A DNA stretch of 64,000 bases from Anaeromyxobacteraceae bacterium (GTDB lineage Bacteria; Myxococcota; Myxococcia; Myxococcales; Anaeromyxobacteraceae). Each line of letters begins with the position of its first letter. Within the stretch, counting starts at the first letter, position 1. The notes beneath the pieces were generated by a model, which saw nothing but the letters and a program-made list of their open reading frames with translations, did not search any database and was not told the DNA's origin. Below, one piece after another: positions 38,750-48,698 of this stretch. The stretch is taken from contig JAULAX010000009.1 of NCBI GenBank assembly GCA_032654565.1, positions 1 to 64,000 on the forward strand, in the 5' to 3' direction. The position numbers and the translations under genes were made by a program.

Positions 38750-39153
38750 TTTCGGGGGTCGCGGAGAGGCGTGGAACCCAACAGGGACGGCCATTTCCGC
38801 GAGCTCGCACGCCGGCGATCACGCCGGGCGAGAACAGTGTCCGCCACCACCGGCTCCGCCACCCGCAACGCCTCCGCAACGCCTCCGGCACCGGCACCAC
38901 CTGAACCGCCACCGCCACAGCGCTCACGCCAGATGTCCGCCGCGCACGCGGCACCGCCCGACCGCGCAGCCCCTCGCAACGCCTCTCGGCCGCCGAGCGG
39001 AGCCTCGATCTCCATTGCCAGCCGCGCCGCCAGCGCCTCGGCCAGGTCCGGCGCGGTGTTGTAGGTTGAAGTAGGGGCCGAGTTGCCGGGGCGCCCAGCG
39101 TCCCCCCGCCGCCGGGCACGCCCCCGCACCCGACGGCCGCCTTCGGTTCCTGC

Positions 39154-39651
39154 TCAGGCCGGCGCCGACGGCTGCTTCCCCGCCATCGACCGCGCGAACT
39201 CCTCGCCGGCTCGCCGCATCTCGGCGTCGGTCAGGTCCTTCTGGTGCGTGGAGAACGACCAGCTGTAGCCGTACGGGTCGGAGACCCCGCTGCAGCGATC
39301 GCCCCAGAACATGTCGGCCGGCTCCATGGTCGACCTGGCCCCGGCGCCGATGGCCCGCCGGTAGGCGGCGTCGCAGTCCTCGACGTGGATCCAGAGCGTC
39401 ACCGGTGACGGGTTCGACTCGGTCGGCGCCGGACGGCTCATCCCGGGCATCTCGTCGCCCAGGTAGATGACCGAGTCCCCGATGCGCAGCTCGGCGTGCC
39501 AGAGGCTCTTCCCGTCGGGCGCCATCATCCGGGTGACCTCCTGCGCGCCCAGGGCCTTCTTGTAGAACTCGATCGCCTTCACGGCGTCGCGGAGCACCAG
39601 CCCCGGGGTCAAGGTGGGCCTGCCCTTCGGAATCGGATTCACGCGTGCCAT
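39154..39651 (-). CDS. VOC/glyoxalase-family protein (PhnB-like)
   Basis: AIEFYKKALGA, HAELRIGDS, DMFWGDR, DPYGYSW; GAGGT RBS. Confidence 0.9.
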   Translation of the reverse strand: MARVNPIPKGRPTLTPGLVLRDAVKAIEFYKKALGAQEVTRMMAPDGKSLWHAELRIGDSVIYLGDEMPGMSRPAPTESNPSPVTLWIHVEDCDAAYRRAIGAGARSTMEPADMFWGDRCSGVSDPYGYSWSFSTHQKDLTDAEMRRAGEEFARSMAGKQPSAPA

Positions 39652-39779
39652 GTGGACCTCCCGCTCCAGCCTCTGGAGAGGAGGTCCTAGGCGGGGAGGC
39701 CAGACCGGGTCGAGCCCTGGATGGGTCGAAAGCGGGCGCTTCCGTGCCGCCCTACCCGCCCGGCTTCTCCGCCGCCGCC

Positions 39780-40550
39780 TTACCCGCCCAGCGCCTCGGC
39801 CACCGCTTCCGCCAGCGCCGGCGCGGTGTGGCGCTCCGGCACCGCACCCGCCGTGAACCCCGCCGCGCGCAGCGCCTCGGCGGTGGTCGGCCCGATGGCG
39901 CCGAGCAGCACGCCGGCCAGCCGCGTCGCGTCGGCCCCCAGCCCGGCCACCGTCCCCTGCACCGCCGAGGGCGAGGCGAAGGTGACCGCGGCCACCCTCC
40001 CCGCCGCCAGCAGCGCCCCCAGCGCCGCCAGCGATCCGGGGGAGGCCAGCACCGTCCGGTAGGCGACCGGGGCCACCACCTCGGCCCCGGCGGCGCGCAG
40101 GCCGTCGCCGAGCTCGGAGCGACCGTCGGCGGCGCGCGGCACCAGCACCGCCTGGCCGCGGACATGGGGCGCCAGCGAGGCGGCCAGCGCCGCGCCGGTG
40201 GCCTCGGCCGGCATCAGGTCCGGGGCCCGCACCAGCGCCTCCAGCCGCGCCCCGGTGGCCGGCCCCACGCAGGCCAGCCGCCGGTCGGCCAGCCGGCCTC
40301 GCCCGAGGCCGAGCGCGTCGAGCCGGGCCACCGCCTGCTCCACGGCGTTGGCGCTGGCGAAGGCCACCCAGCCGAACCGCTCCAGCCCCCGCAGCGCCTC
40401 GTCGAGCGGGCCGAAGTCCTCGGCGTCGCAGAGGGCGATGGCGGGGAACTCCAGCACCTCCGCCCCCAGCTCCCGCAGCCTCGCCGAGAGCGCGTCGTCG
40501 CCGCCCGCGCCGCGGGTGACCACCACGGTGCGGCCGGCCAGCGGCTTCAC
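39780..40550 (-). CDS. hemD: Uroporphyrinogen-III synthase
   Basis: VVVTRG, FASANAV, VGPATG, AYRT, FASPSAV, AIGPTTA; follows hemC. Confidence 0.9.
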   Translation of the reverse strand: MKPLAGRTVVVTRGAGGDDALSARLRELGAEVLEFPAIALCDAEDFGPLDEALRGLERFGWVAFASANAVEQAVARLDALGLGRGRLADRRLACVGPATGARLEALVRAPDLMPAEATGAALAASLAPHVRGQAVLVPRAADGRSELGDGLRAAGAEVVAPVAYRTVLASPGSLAALGALLAAGRVAAVTFASPSAVQGTVAGLGADATRLAGVLLGAIGPTTAEALRAAGFTAGAVPERHTAPALAEAVAEALGG

Positions 40551-40559
40551 GGCGACACG

Positions 40560-41507
40560 CTACTTCCTGACCGGCGCGCCGAGGCCGACGGTGTGCCCCT
40601 CGGCCGCCTTGAGGACGTCGCCGGCGCCGCGCCCCAGCAGCTCCTCGGCCAGCGCCACGCCCAGGGCCCGCGCCTCGGCCACCGGCCCGCGCCGCTCGCC
40701 GCGGATCACCAGCGTGCCGTCCAGCGACGCCACCAGCGCCCGCAGGTGGACCTGCCCGCCGCTCACCGTGGCGTGGCCGGCGATCGGCACCTGGCAGCCC
40801 CCCTCGATGCGGGCCAGGAAGCCGCGCTCGGCCTCGACGCGCCAGCGGGTCTCCGGGTCGTCCAGCTTGGCCAGCCGGGCCAGGGTGACGGCGTCGTCGG
40901 CGCGGGCCTCCAGCGCCAGCGCCCCCTGGGCCACCGCCGGCAGCATCTGCTCCGGCGAGAGCACCTGGGTGGCGTGCTCGGCCAGCCCCAGCCGGCGCAG
41001 CCCGGCGTAGGCCAGCACCACGGCGTCGAGCCCCTCCGAGGCCTTGTTGAGCCGCGTCTGCACGTTGCCGCGCACCACCTCCATCTGCAGGTCGGGGCGC
41101 AGCGCCTTGAGCTGGGCGGAGCGGCGCAAGGACGAGGTGCCGATGCGGGCGCCGCGCGGCAGGTTCTCCAGCGTCTTCCAGCGGGGCGAGCAGAGCGCGT
41201 CGCGCGGGTCCTCGCGCACCGGGATGGCCGCCACCACCAGGCCGGGGGCGACGATGGCCGGCAGGTCCTTCATGGAGTGGACGGCGATCTGGGCGTCGCC
41301 GTTGAGCAGGGCGTCCTCGATCTCCTTGACGAAGAGCCCCTTGCCGCCCACCTGGGCCAGCGGCACCTCGAGGATCTTGTCGCCCCGGGTCATCAGCTCG
41401 TGCAGCTCGACCTGGAGCCCCGGCTCCAGGGCCCGCAGCAGGTCGGCCACGTGGTTGGCCTGCCACTTGGCGAGCGGGCTCTTGCGGGTGGCGATGCGGA
41501 TGGTCAC
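40560..41507 (-). CDS. hemC: Hydroxymethylbilane synthase
   Basis: [45 protein letters not shown]. Confidence 0.97.
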   Translation of the reverse strand: MTIRIATRKSPLAKWQANHVADLLRALEPGLQVELHELMTRGDKILEVPLAQVGGKGLFVKEIEDALLNGDAQIAVHSMKDLPAIVAPGLVVAAIPVREDPRDALCSPRWKTLENLPRGARIGTSSLRRSAQLKALRPDLQMEVVRGNVQTRLNKASEGLDAVVLAYAGLRRLGLAEHATQVLSPEQMLPAVAQGALALEARADDAVTLARLAKLDDPETRWRVEAERGFLARIEGGCQVPIAGHATVSGGQVHLRALVASLDGTLVIRGERRGPVAEARALGVALAEELLGRGAGDVLKAAEGHTVGLGAPVRK

Positions 41508-42835
41508 GGCTGATCCTTCTCCGGCGGCGTGGCGGCCGGTGGGGTGACGCCATTCCGTGGCGTGGTGCGGCGCCCCGCGGGAGCGGCCTGGTCGAGCCCG
41601 AAGAGCTCGGCGGCGGCGCCGGCCAGCGCGCTCTCGCCGGTGGCGGCGGCGGCCTTGAGCCGCACCGTGGGCAGGTGGAGCAGCTTGTTGACGATGGCCA
41701 GCGCCATGGCCTCGACCGAGGCCCGGGCCCGGTCGTCGAGCACGTCGCCGGCCTTCTGCAGGGTCCGCTCCGCCTCGGCGCGGGCGATGGCCTCGGCCCG
41801 CTGCCGCAGCGTCACCAGCACCGGCAGCGCCGCCCGGCTCTCGCGCTCGCGGGTGAAGGCGATCACCTCGGCCTCCACGATCGCCTCGGCGCTCACCGCC
41901 TCGCCCTGGCGCGCCTGGTGGTTGGCGCTCACCACCTTCTGCATGTCGTCGACGTCGTAGCCGAAGACGTCCTCCAGCTCGGCGCAGGCCGGGTCGACGT
42001 TGCGCGGCACCGCCAGGTCGATGAGGCAGAGGTTGCGGTGGCGGCGACGCTTTGTGGCGGCGCGGACCATGTCGGCGGTGAGCACGAAGCCGGGGGCCCC
42101 GGTGGAGACGATCACCACGTCGGCCTCCACCAGCAGCTGGTCCAGCTCGCCCCAGGGGCGGAAGGTGCCGCCCACCTGGTCGGCCAGCTGCTGCCCCCGC
42201 TCCGGGGAGCGGTTGGTCACCAGCACCCGGTCGGCCCCCAGCACCTTGAGGGCCTTGGCGGAGAGCGCCCCCATCTTGCCGGCGCCCAGCAGCAGGATGG
42301 CGCGCCCCTTCAGGTCGCCGAAGATCTTCTCGACCAGGTCCACCGCCACCTGCGACATCGAGGTGGCGCCGCGGCCGATGCCGGTCTCGGTGCGGACCCG
42401 CTTGGCGGTGGCGAAGGCCCGGTTGCAGAGGCGGGACATGTAGCCGCCGGCCGCCTCCACGCCGCTGGCCAGGCCGTAGGCCTCCTTCACCTGGCCGAGG
42501 ATCTGCTGCTCGCCCACCACCATCGAGTCGAGGCTGGCGGCGACGCGGAAGAGGTGGCGGACGGCGTCGGCCCCGCTCTTGACGTAGAGGTGCTCGCCGG
42601 CCTGGTCGGCGCGGCTGGTGAAGAAGGCCCGGGCGGCCTGCTCGGCCTCGGCCTGGACGAAGACCTCGACCCGGTTGCAGGTGGAGACCACGAAGGCCTC
42701 CTTGACGCCCTCGCTGGCCCGCAGCTGCAGCAGCGCCGCCTTGAGGTCGTCGCCGTTCAGGGCCACCCGCTCGCGCACCTCGATGGGCGCGCTCTTGTGC
42801 GAGAGCCCGACCAGGAAGAGCTGGCGCACGCTCAC
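41504..42835 (-). CDS. hemA: Glutamyl-tRNA reductase
   Basis: [43 protein letters not shown]. Confidence 0.97.
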   Translation of the reverse strand: MSVRQLFLVGLSHKSAPIEVRERVALNGDDLKAALLQLRASEGVKEAFVVSTCNRVEVFVQAEAEQAARAFFTSRADQAGEHLYVKSGADAVRHLFRVAASLDSMVVGEQQILGQVKEAYGLASGVEAAGGYMSRLCNRAFATAKRVRTETGIGRGATSMSQVAVDLVEKIFGDLKGRAILLLGAGKMGALSAKALKVLGADRVLVTNRSPERGQQLADQVGGTFRPWGELDQLLVEADVVIVSTGAPGFVLTADMVRAATKRRRHRNLCLIDLAVPRNVDPACAELEDVFGYDVDDMQKVVSANHQARQGEAVSAEAIVEAEVIAFTRERESRAALPVLVTLRQRAEAIARAEAERTLQKAGDVLDDRARASVEAMALAIVNKLLHLPTVRLKAAAATGESALAGAAAELFGLDQAAPAGRRTTPRNGVTPPAATPPEKDQP

Positions 42836-43683
42836 TTGGCCGCCTCCACCCGCGGCCCCTTGTACTCGCCGGCGTGCATGGTCAGCCCCGGCACCGAGCG
42901 CAGCGTGCCGATCGAGCCGATCAGCAGCGCGAACCCGAAGACGGTGAGCAGGGCGTAGCGCCGCCCGTGCCAGCCGCGGTGGCGGGCCTGCACCATGCCC
43001 CCGTAGAGCAGCCAGATCAGCAGGGTGGTGACCTGCTGCGGGTCCCAGGACCAGGCGCTCTTCCAGACCGAGCGGGCGATCACCGCGCCGAGGATGCTGG
43101 CCACGGTGAAGGAGAGGAAGCCGAGCCGGACCAGCCGGTCGGTGAGCTTGTCGAGGGAGTCGAGCGGCGGCAGGCGGGAGAAGAGGGCGCCGAACCTCTT
43201 CCCCTTCACCTCGCGCTCCTGCAGCAGGTACATGACGGCCACCCCGAAGGCCAGGCCGAACAGCGCCACCCCCAGCGAGGCGGTCATGATGTGCAGGGTG
43301 ATGGCCGGGTGCTTGAGCGCCGCCGGGGCCTCGCCGGGCGCGCCCCCGACGCCGAAGAGCGTGGGGAGCAGGATGATCAGGGTGAGCGGGGTGACGAAGG
43401 CCCCCACCGAGGGCAGGTGGTAGAAGCGCTGCACCAGCAGGTAGGTGCCGGCCAGCAGCACCGCGGTGAGCACCATGCCGCCGCGCAGCGTGAACCACTC
43501 CAGCCCGCCGAACTCCTTGCAGGCCAGCCCGATGGCGGCCAGGTGGACCACCACGCCGCCGGAGAGGAACCAGCCGCCGAAGCGGGCCGCCAGGGTGTGG
43601 CGGGGGCGGGCGAAGTAGAGCAGGTAGCCGGCGGCGGCCACGGCGTAGAGGCCGGCGGCGAAGCGGAGGAGGTCGATGCTCAT
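42832..43683 (-). CDS. ccsA: Cytochrome c assembly family membrane protein (CcsA/HemX-like)
   Basis: About 8 TM segments, [17 protein letters not shown] motif; heads the hemA operon. Confidence 0.8.
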   Translation of the reverse strand: MSIDLLRFAAGLYAVAAAGYLLYFARPRHTLAARFGGWFLSGGVVVHLAAIGLACKEFGGLEWFTLRGGMVLTAVLLAGTYLLVQRFYHLPSVGAFVTPLTLIILLPTLFGVGGAPGEAPAALKHPAITLHIMTASLGVALFGLAFGVAVMYLLQEREVKGKRFGALFSRLPPLDSLDKLTDRLVRLGFLSFTVASILGAVIARSVWKSAWSWDPQQVTTLLIWLLYGGMVQARHRGWHGRRYALLTVFGFALLIGSIGTLRSVPGLTMHAGEYKGPRVEAAK

Positions 43684-43723
43684 GGGTCCGTGCCTGGGGT
43701 GGCGCCGCTTCCTACCATGGGAG

Positions 43724-44239
43724 TCAGGAGAGCTTGTCGAGGAGGAAGCGGGCCAGGTCCTCGGCCTCCTTGCGGCGGGCCTCCAGGCTGGCGGGGAGCG
43801 GGGCGCCGGGCCGGGCGGCCGGGGGCGCGGCCGGCGGCGGGGGGGCCGGGGCCACCCGCGGCGCGACCGGGATGTCCGACGGCGGCGCGGCGGGGCGGGT
43901 CGGCCGGGCCTTGACCGAGGCGGCCGCCTGCAGCGCGCTCATCTCGGCGAGGAAGCCCGGCTCCACCTCGTAGGCCACGTCGCCCAGCACCACCGAGGCG
44001 TCGATGACCTCCGCCCCCAGGTCGCGGAGCTGGGCCAGCGACTTCACCTTCTTGAGCAGCTGGTGCGGGTCGGCGTCGGCGCCGAGCAGGGCCAGGAAGC
44101 GGACCGCGGGCTCCAGGGCGTAGCTGCGATCCCGCCCCTCGCCGGCCAGCAACGTCATGACGTTGCCGACGAAGTCGATGCGCCCCTGGTCGGCCCAGGA
44201 GTCGATCATGGCTTGAGAGACGAAGAGCAGCCCGGCCAT
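43724..44239 (-). CDS. Hypothetical protein
   Basis: GGA upstream, typical codon usage, globular N-terminus, Pro-rich linker, C-terminal LARFLLDKLS. Confidence 0.7.
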   Translation of the reverse strand: MAGLLFVSQAMIDSWADQGRIDFVGNVMTLLAGEGRDRSYALEPAVRFLALLGADADPHQLLKKVKSLAQLRDLGAEVIDASVVLGDVAYEVEPGFLAEMSALQAAASVKARPTRPAAPPSDIPVAPRVAPAPPPPAAPPAARPGAPLPASLEARRKEAEDLARFLLDKLS

Positions 44240-44371
44240 CCGGAGGTCCTTCCGCGCCCACCCGCAACTCCGCGTGGGGCGTGGGAAATTAGCACGCTGG
44301 CGGCGCCGCTTGCCAGCGCCGCCGGGGGCGAATAGAAAGACCCATCCACGCAGCCGCCTGAAGGAGCACCC

Positions 44372-44701
44372 ATGGCCTCGAACGACGTCGTCACGCTGCA
44401 GGACACCACCTTCGACGCCGAGGTGCTCAAGAGCGACGTGCCGGTGCTGGTGGACTTCTGGGCGGTCTGGTGCGGCCCCTGCAAGGCCATCGCCCCGGCG
44501 GTCGAGGACATCGCCCGCCGCTACAAGGGGAAGCTCAAGGTCGGCAAGATGGACGTCGACGAGCACCAGCAGGTCCCGCAGAACTTCGGCATCCGCTCCA
44601 TCCCCACCCTGCTCATCTTCAAGGGGGGCCAGGTGGTCGGCACCGTCATCGGCGCCGACAAGGGGAAGCTGGAGGAGGCGGTCAAGAAGGTGACCGGGTA
44701 A
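44372..44701 (+). CDS. trxA: Thioredoxin
   Basis: [28 protein letters not shown]. Confidence 0.97.
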   Translation: MASNDVVTLQDTTFDAEVLKSDVPVLVDFWAVWCGPCKAIAPAVEDIARRYKGKLKVGKMDVDEHQQVPQNFGIRSIPTLLIFKGGQVVGTVIGADKGKLEEAVKKVTG

Positions 44702-44775
44702 CACCCCGGTCCGGTCCGGGCCCCTGAACGCCCCGCCGCCGCCCCGCCTACCCGCCCGGCGCGCACGGAAGTACG

Positions 44776-47700
44776 ATGTCCCGGCGAGGCCCCGTGCGGC
44801 GACTTCGGCGTTTCCTGGACGAGATGCAGCGGCGGCGGATGTTCCGCGCGCTCGGCGCCTACGGCATCGCCGTCTTCGCCGTGCTCCAGGTGGCGGAGAC
44901 CATCGTCCACGGCCTCCACCTGCCCGACTGGACGGTCGCGGCGGTGGTGATGGCGTCGGCCGCCGGGTTCCCGGTGGTGGTCCTGCTGGCCTGGTACTAC
45001 GACCTCACGACGCGCGGCATCGAGCGGACGCCCGAGGCGCCGCCGGCCGCCGCCGGCCCGGCCCCGACCCCGGTGGCGCCGGTCGCCCCCGGGGCCATGA
45101 CCGCGCTGCTCGAGGAGCTGGCCCGCGCCCCGGACAGCATCCCGGCGCCGCTCGCCCTCGGGCCGGGGGACCTGCTGGGGCGCTACGAGGTCGTGCGTGA
45201 GATCGGCCGCGGCGGCTTCGGCGTGGTCTGCGAGGCGCGCGACCGGGAGCTGGGCCGGCTGGTGGCGGTGAAGACCATCCGCCCCAGGCCGGGGGTGGAT
45301 GCCGGGATGCTGCGGGTCGAGGCCGAGGCGGCCGCGCAGCTGCAGCACCCGAACATCGTCACCATCCACGACCTCGGGACCACCAGGGGCGCCGCCTGGC
45401 TGGTGTACGAGCTGCTGCGGGGCGAGACCATGGAAGAGCGGCTGCGCCGCGGCGCGCTGCTGGTCGAGGAGGCGATGCGGGTCGCCGAGGCGGTGGCCGC
45501 GGGGATGGCCCACGCCCACCGGGCCGGGGTCATCCACCGCGACCTGAAGCCGGCCAACGTCTTCCTCTGCGACGACGGCGGCGTGAAGATCCTCGACTTC
45601 GGCCTCTCCCGGTTCCTCGGCTCCGTCAGCCGCGAGGGCGGCACGCCGGGCTACATGGCGCCCGAGCAGTGGCGGGGGGAGGCCCAGGATGCCCGGGCCG
45701 ACGTCTTCGCCGCCGGCGTCATGCTCTACGAGACCCTCTCGGGCGCCCGCCCCTACCCGGTCGAGACCGGGCGCAGCGCCGTGCTCGACGCCCGCCGCCC
45801 GCCGGCGCTGCGCACCCGGGGCGTCCCGTCCAGGCTTCGCCAGGTGGTGGCCAGGGCCATCGATCCGGATCGGGAGCGCCGACCCCGGGACGGGGCCAGC
45901 TGGCTCGAGGCGCTGCGGCAGACGCGGCGGAGCAGCGATCGGGCCCGGCTGCTGCGCCTGGCGGCGGCTCCGACACTGGCCCTGGCCCTGGGGGCGCTGC
46001 TGCTCCTCACCTGGCGGGGCCGCGGCGCCGGCGACGGCGAGGCCGGCCCCCGCATCCCGGTGGCGGTGGCCGACGTCGCCAACGGGACCTCCGATCCGGA
46101 GCTGAGCGGCCTCTCCGGGATGCTGGTCACCTCGCTCGAGCAGTCCCGGCGCCTCACCGTGCTCACCCGTTCCCGGCTGGTGGACGCCATCCGCCAGCTG
46201 GGCCACGAACCGCCGGCGGTGCTCGACGAGCCCCTGGCTCGCGAGGTGGGGCGGACCCTGGGCGTGCGCGCGCTGCTGCTGGCCACCGTCCACCGCTTCG
46301 ACGACCTCTACGCCATCGAGCTGCGGGCCCTCGACCCGGTGAAGAACGAGTACCTCTTCACCCTCGCCGAGCAGGGGCGTGGCAAGGCCAGCGTCCCCGG
46401 GCTCATCGACCGGCTCAGCCGCCGCGCTCGCGACCGGCTGAGCGAGCGTGATCGCGACATCGAGGGGACGGGGCGACCGGTGGCCACGCTGACCACCGCC
46501 AGCCTGGCGGCCTACGAGCACTACTTCAAGGCTCGGCAGGCCATCGACCTGCGGCAGTTCGACAGGGCCCACGAGGAGCTGAAGGCGGCGCTGCTGGCCG
46601 ACCCGAGCTTCGCGCTGGCCCGGTACGAGGTCTCGGTGCTCGACGCCTGGACCCACGTCCTTGGCCCCAGCGGCTTCGAGGCACCGGACGCGAGCGACCA
46701 GAAGGCCAACCTGGAGGCGGCGCTCGGCGAGGCCGATCGGCTGCCGGACAAGGAGCGGCTCTCGCTGCTGGCCTGGAAGGCGACGGTGGACCAGCGCACC
46801 GGGGAGGCCATGCGGCTGCGGGACCAGGTGGCCGAGGCCTTCCCGCAGGACAAGGACGCGGTCTTCTGGGCTGCCGACGCCCGCTTCCACGCCGGCGACC
46901 TGTTCGGCGCCATCACCGGCTTCGAGAGGGCGCTGGCGCTCGACCCCGACTACCAGCTGGTCATGGAGCACCTGGTCCTGGCCCTGGCCGCGGCCGGACG
47001 CCCCGGGGAGGAGCTCGCCTGGGCCCGCCGCTGGGCCGAGGCGTCGCGGTCGGCGGAGAGTCGCCGCGCCCTGGGGCGCGCCCTGCTCGTCAACGGCCAG
47101 TCGAAGGAGGCGGAGGAGGTCTACCGGGCCGGGTGGTCCGGGCTGCCCTGGCCGCCGCCGGCGCTCACCTCCTGGATGGCCCGGACGGGCCGGGTCCAGG
47201 AGGCGGAGCGGCTGCTGCGCCAGGCGCTCTCGACGGCCTCGCCGCCGATGCCACCCCACCCCTCCCAGAACCAGCTGTTCGACCGCCAGCTCCGCAGGGC
47301 CCAGCGGGAGCACCTGAGCGGCATCCTGGCGCTGCAGGGGCGCTGGCGTGAAGCCGAGCGCGTGCTCCGCGACGGGGACCGGGACGGCACCGCCGAGGAG
47401 CAGGCCATTCGTCGCCTCGGCTTCTCGACCGGCACCCGTTCCCTGGCGCAGGCTCGGATGGCCATCGCCGACCTTGAGGTCCCTTCCCTGGCCCGGAGCG
47501 CCTCGCTGGGCGCCCAGGCGGCCCTGGCGCTGGCCGTGGCCGGCGACCCCGAAGCCGCCGAGCCGCTCCTGGCCCGGGCCCGCCAGCTGCCGGGCTGGGC
47601 CCAGGTGCCGCTCCCGGCCCGGGAACTGATCGACGGCGTGATCTCCATGCGCTCCGGCCGGGTCGAGGAGGCCTCGGCGCACCTGCGGGCCGCCTCGGCC

Positions 47701-48051
47701 GGGCCGCTGCCGGAGGTGCGCTACCAGGCCACGGCCTGCCTGGCGGAGCTGGACTGGTCGCAGCAGCGCGCCGCCGACGCCCTCTCCGCGGCCGACCGGG
47801 CCCTGGCCATGCCCTGGGCGCCGGTCGTGTCCTGGTACTGGCTCCACCCTCGCGTTCTGCTGGTGTCGGCCGAGGCGGCGGAGCGGCTCGGCGACCGTGT
47901 CCGCGCGCGGCGTGACCTGGACGCCCTCCTGGCGCTCTGGGGGCGGGCCGACCCCGAACTGACCCTCCTCGCCCAGGCCCGGGGGCTCGAGCAACGGCTG
48001 GGCGCGGCCCGCCAGGTCGGTGCGGCGGGCCCTCCAGGCACGGCTCGCTAG
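44776..48051 (+). CDS. Membrane Ser/Thr protein kinase with TPR-like C-terminal region
   Basis: GRGGFGVV, VAVK, HRDLKPAN, DFGL, GTPGYMAPE; N-terminal TM hairpin, post-kinase TM, TPR helices. Confidence 0.88.
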   Translation: MSRRGPVRRLRRFLDEMQRRRMFRALGAYGIAVFAVLQVAETIVHGLHLPDWTVAAVVMASAAGFPVVVLLAWYYDLTTRGIERTPEAPPAAAGPAPTPVAPVAPGAMTALLEELARAPDSIPAPLALGPGDLLGRYEVVREIGRGGFGVVCEARDRELGRLVAVKTIRPRPGVDAGMLRVEAEAAAQLQHPNIVTIHDLGTTRGAAWLVYELLRGETMEERLRRGALLVEEAMRVAEAVAAGMAHAHRAGVIHRDLKPANVFLCDDGGVKILDFGLSRFLGSVSREGGTPGYMAPEQWRGEAQDARADVFAAGVMLYETLSGARPYPVETGRSAVLDARRPPALRTRGVPSRLRQVVARAIDPDRERRPRDGASWLEALRQTRRSSDRARLLRLAAAPTLALALGALLLLTWRGRGAGDGEAGPRIPVAVADVANGTSDPELSGLSGMLVTSLEQSRRLTVLTRSRLVDAIRQLGHEPPAVLDEPLAREVGRTLGVRALLLATVHRFDDLYAIELRALDPVKNEYLFTLAEQGRGKASVPGLIDRLSRRARDRLSERDRDIEGTGRPVATLTTASLAAYEHYFKARQAIDLRQFDRAHEELKAALLADPSFALARYEVSVLDAWTHVLGPSGFEAPDASDQKANLEAALGEADRLPDKERLSLLAWKATVDQRTGEAMRLRDQVAEAFPQDKDAVFWAADARFHAGDLFGAITGFERALALDPDYQLVMEHLVLALAAAGRPGEELAWARRWAEASRSAESRRALGRALLVNGQSKEAEEVYRAGWSGLPWPPPALTSWMARTGRVQEAERLLRQALSTASPPMPPHPSQNQLFDRQLRRAQREHLSGILALQGRWREAERVLRDGDRDGTAEEQAIRRLGFSTGTRSLAQARMAIADLEVPSLARSASLGAQAALALAVAGDPEAAEPLLARARQLPGWAQVPLPARELIDGVISMRSGRVEEASAHLRAASAGPLPEVRYQATACLAELDWSQQRAADALSAADRALAMPWAPVVSWYWLHPRVLLVSAEAAERLGDRVRARRDLDALLALWGRADPELTLLAQARGLEQRLGAARQVGAAGPPGTAR

Positions 48052-48689
48052 CGAGGCGGCGCGGCCCCCTGCCAGAGCTGCGCCAGCCCCATGGCCAGGA
48101 AGGCCAGGCCGGAGAGCAGCCCCAGCGTCCGGGCGGCGCGCGGCCCCAGCCGCCCCACGGCGCCGAAGACCAGCACGGTGACGGCGTTGGTGGCGGTGAG
48201 CGCCAGGTAGAAGCCGCCCAGGAAGGCCAGCGGCCGGGTGGCGTCGCCGCGCAGCGTCCCGGCCAGGATGGGGCCGCCCACCAGGCTCCAGAAGATCCAG
48301 GCATTGGGGTTGAGCAGGTTGACCAGCGCCGCGCTCCAGAACCCACCGTGGCGCGGCGGCGCGCCCGGCGCCTCGGCCAGCGCCGGGCCCGGGGCCGGGG
48401 CCAGCCGCGACCTCCAGAGCCCTCGCAGCGTCGCGCCCCCCAGCCAGAGCAGCAGCAGCCCGCCGGCGGCGGAGAGCAGGCGCAGCAGGCCGCCGGGCAG
48501 GCCGGCCAGGGCCATCAGGCAGGCGGCGATGACCGGCGGGTCGGAGGCCAGCGGCACCAGCGACAGGTGCAGGGCCCGGCGCGGGCCGAGCCGGGCGGCG
48601 CGCTCCAGCAGCAGCGCCTGGAACGGGCCGGGCGACGCCGAGGCCGAGAAGCCCAGCGCCAGCCCCTGGGCGAGCAGGGCGGCGAGCAC
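48048..48689 (-). CDS. LysE-family translocator
   Basis: SPGP, LVNLLNPNAWIFW, multiple TM segments. Confidence 0.85.
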   Translation of the reverse strand: MLAALLAQGLALGFSASASPGPFQALLLERAARLGPRRALHLSLVPLASDPPVIAACLMALAGLPGGLLRLLSAAGGLLLLWLGGATLRGLWRSRLAPAPGPALAEAPGAPPRHGGFWSAALVNLLNPNAWIFWSLVGGPILAGTLRGDATRPLAFLGGFYLALTATNAVTVLVFGAVGRLGPRAARTLGLLSGLAFLAMGLAQLWQGAAPPR

Positions 48690-48698
48690 CGGCGGCGC

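Noticed and set aside
38840..39000. Possible CRISPR-like array beside the HNH gene
   Set aside because: Repeats are short (about 11 bp), irregular and lack unique spacers of constant length; no cas genes.
38718..39129. 131-133 aa ORFs upstream of the HNH gene
   Set aside because: Low complexity, no RBS or codon bias; treated as non-coding flank.
44296..44317. TGGC...TTGC upstream of trxA as a sigma54 promoter
   Set aside because: GG-GC spacing is 13 rather than 12; better explained as a GC-rich hairpin.
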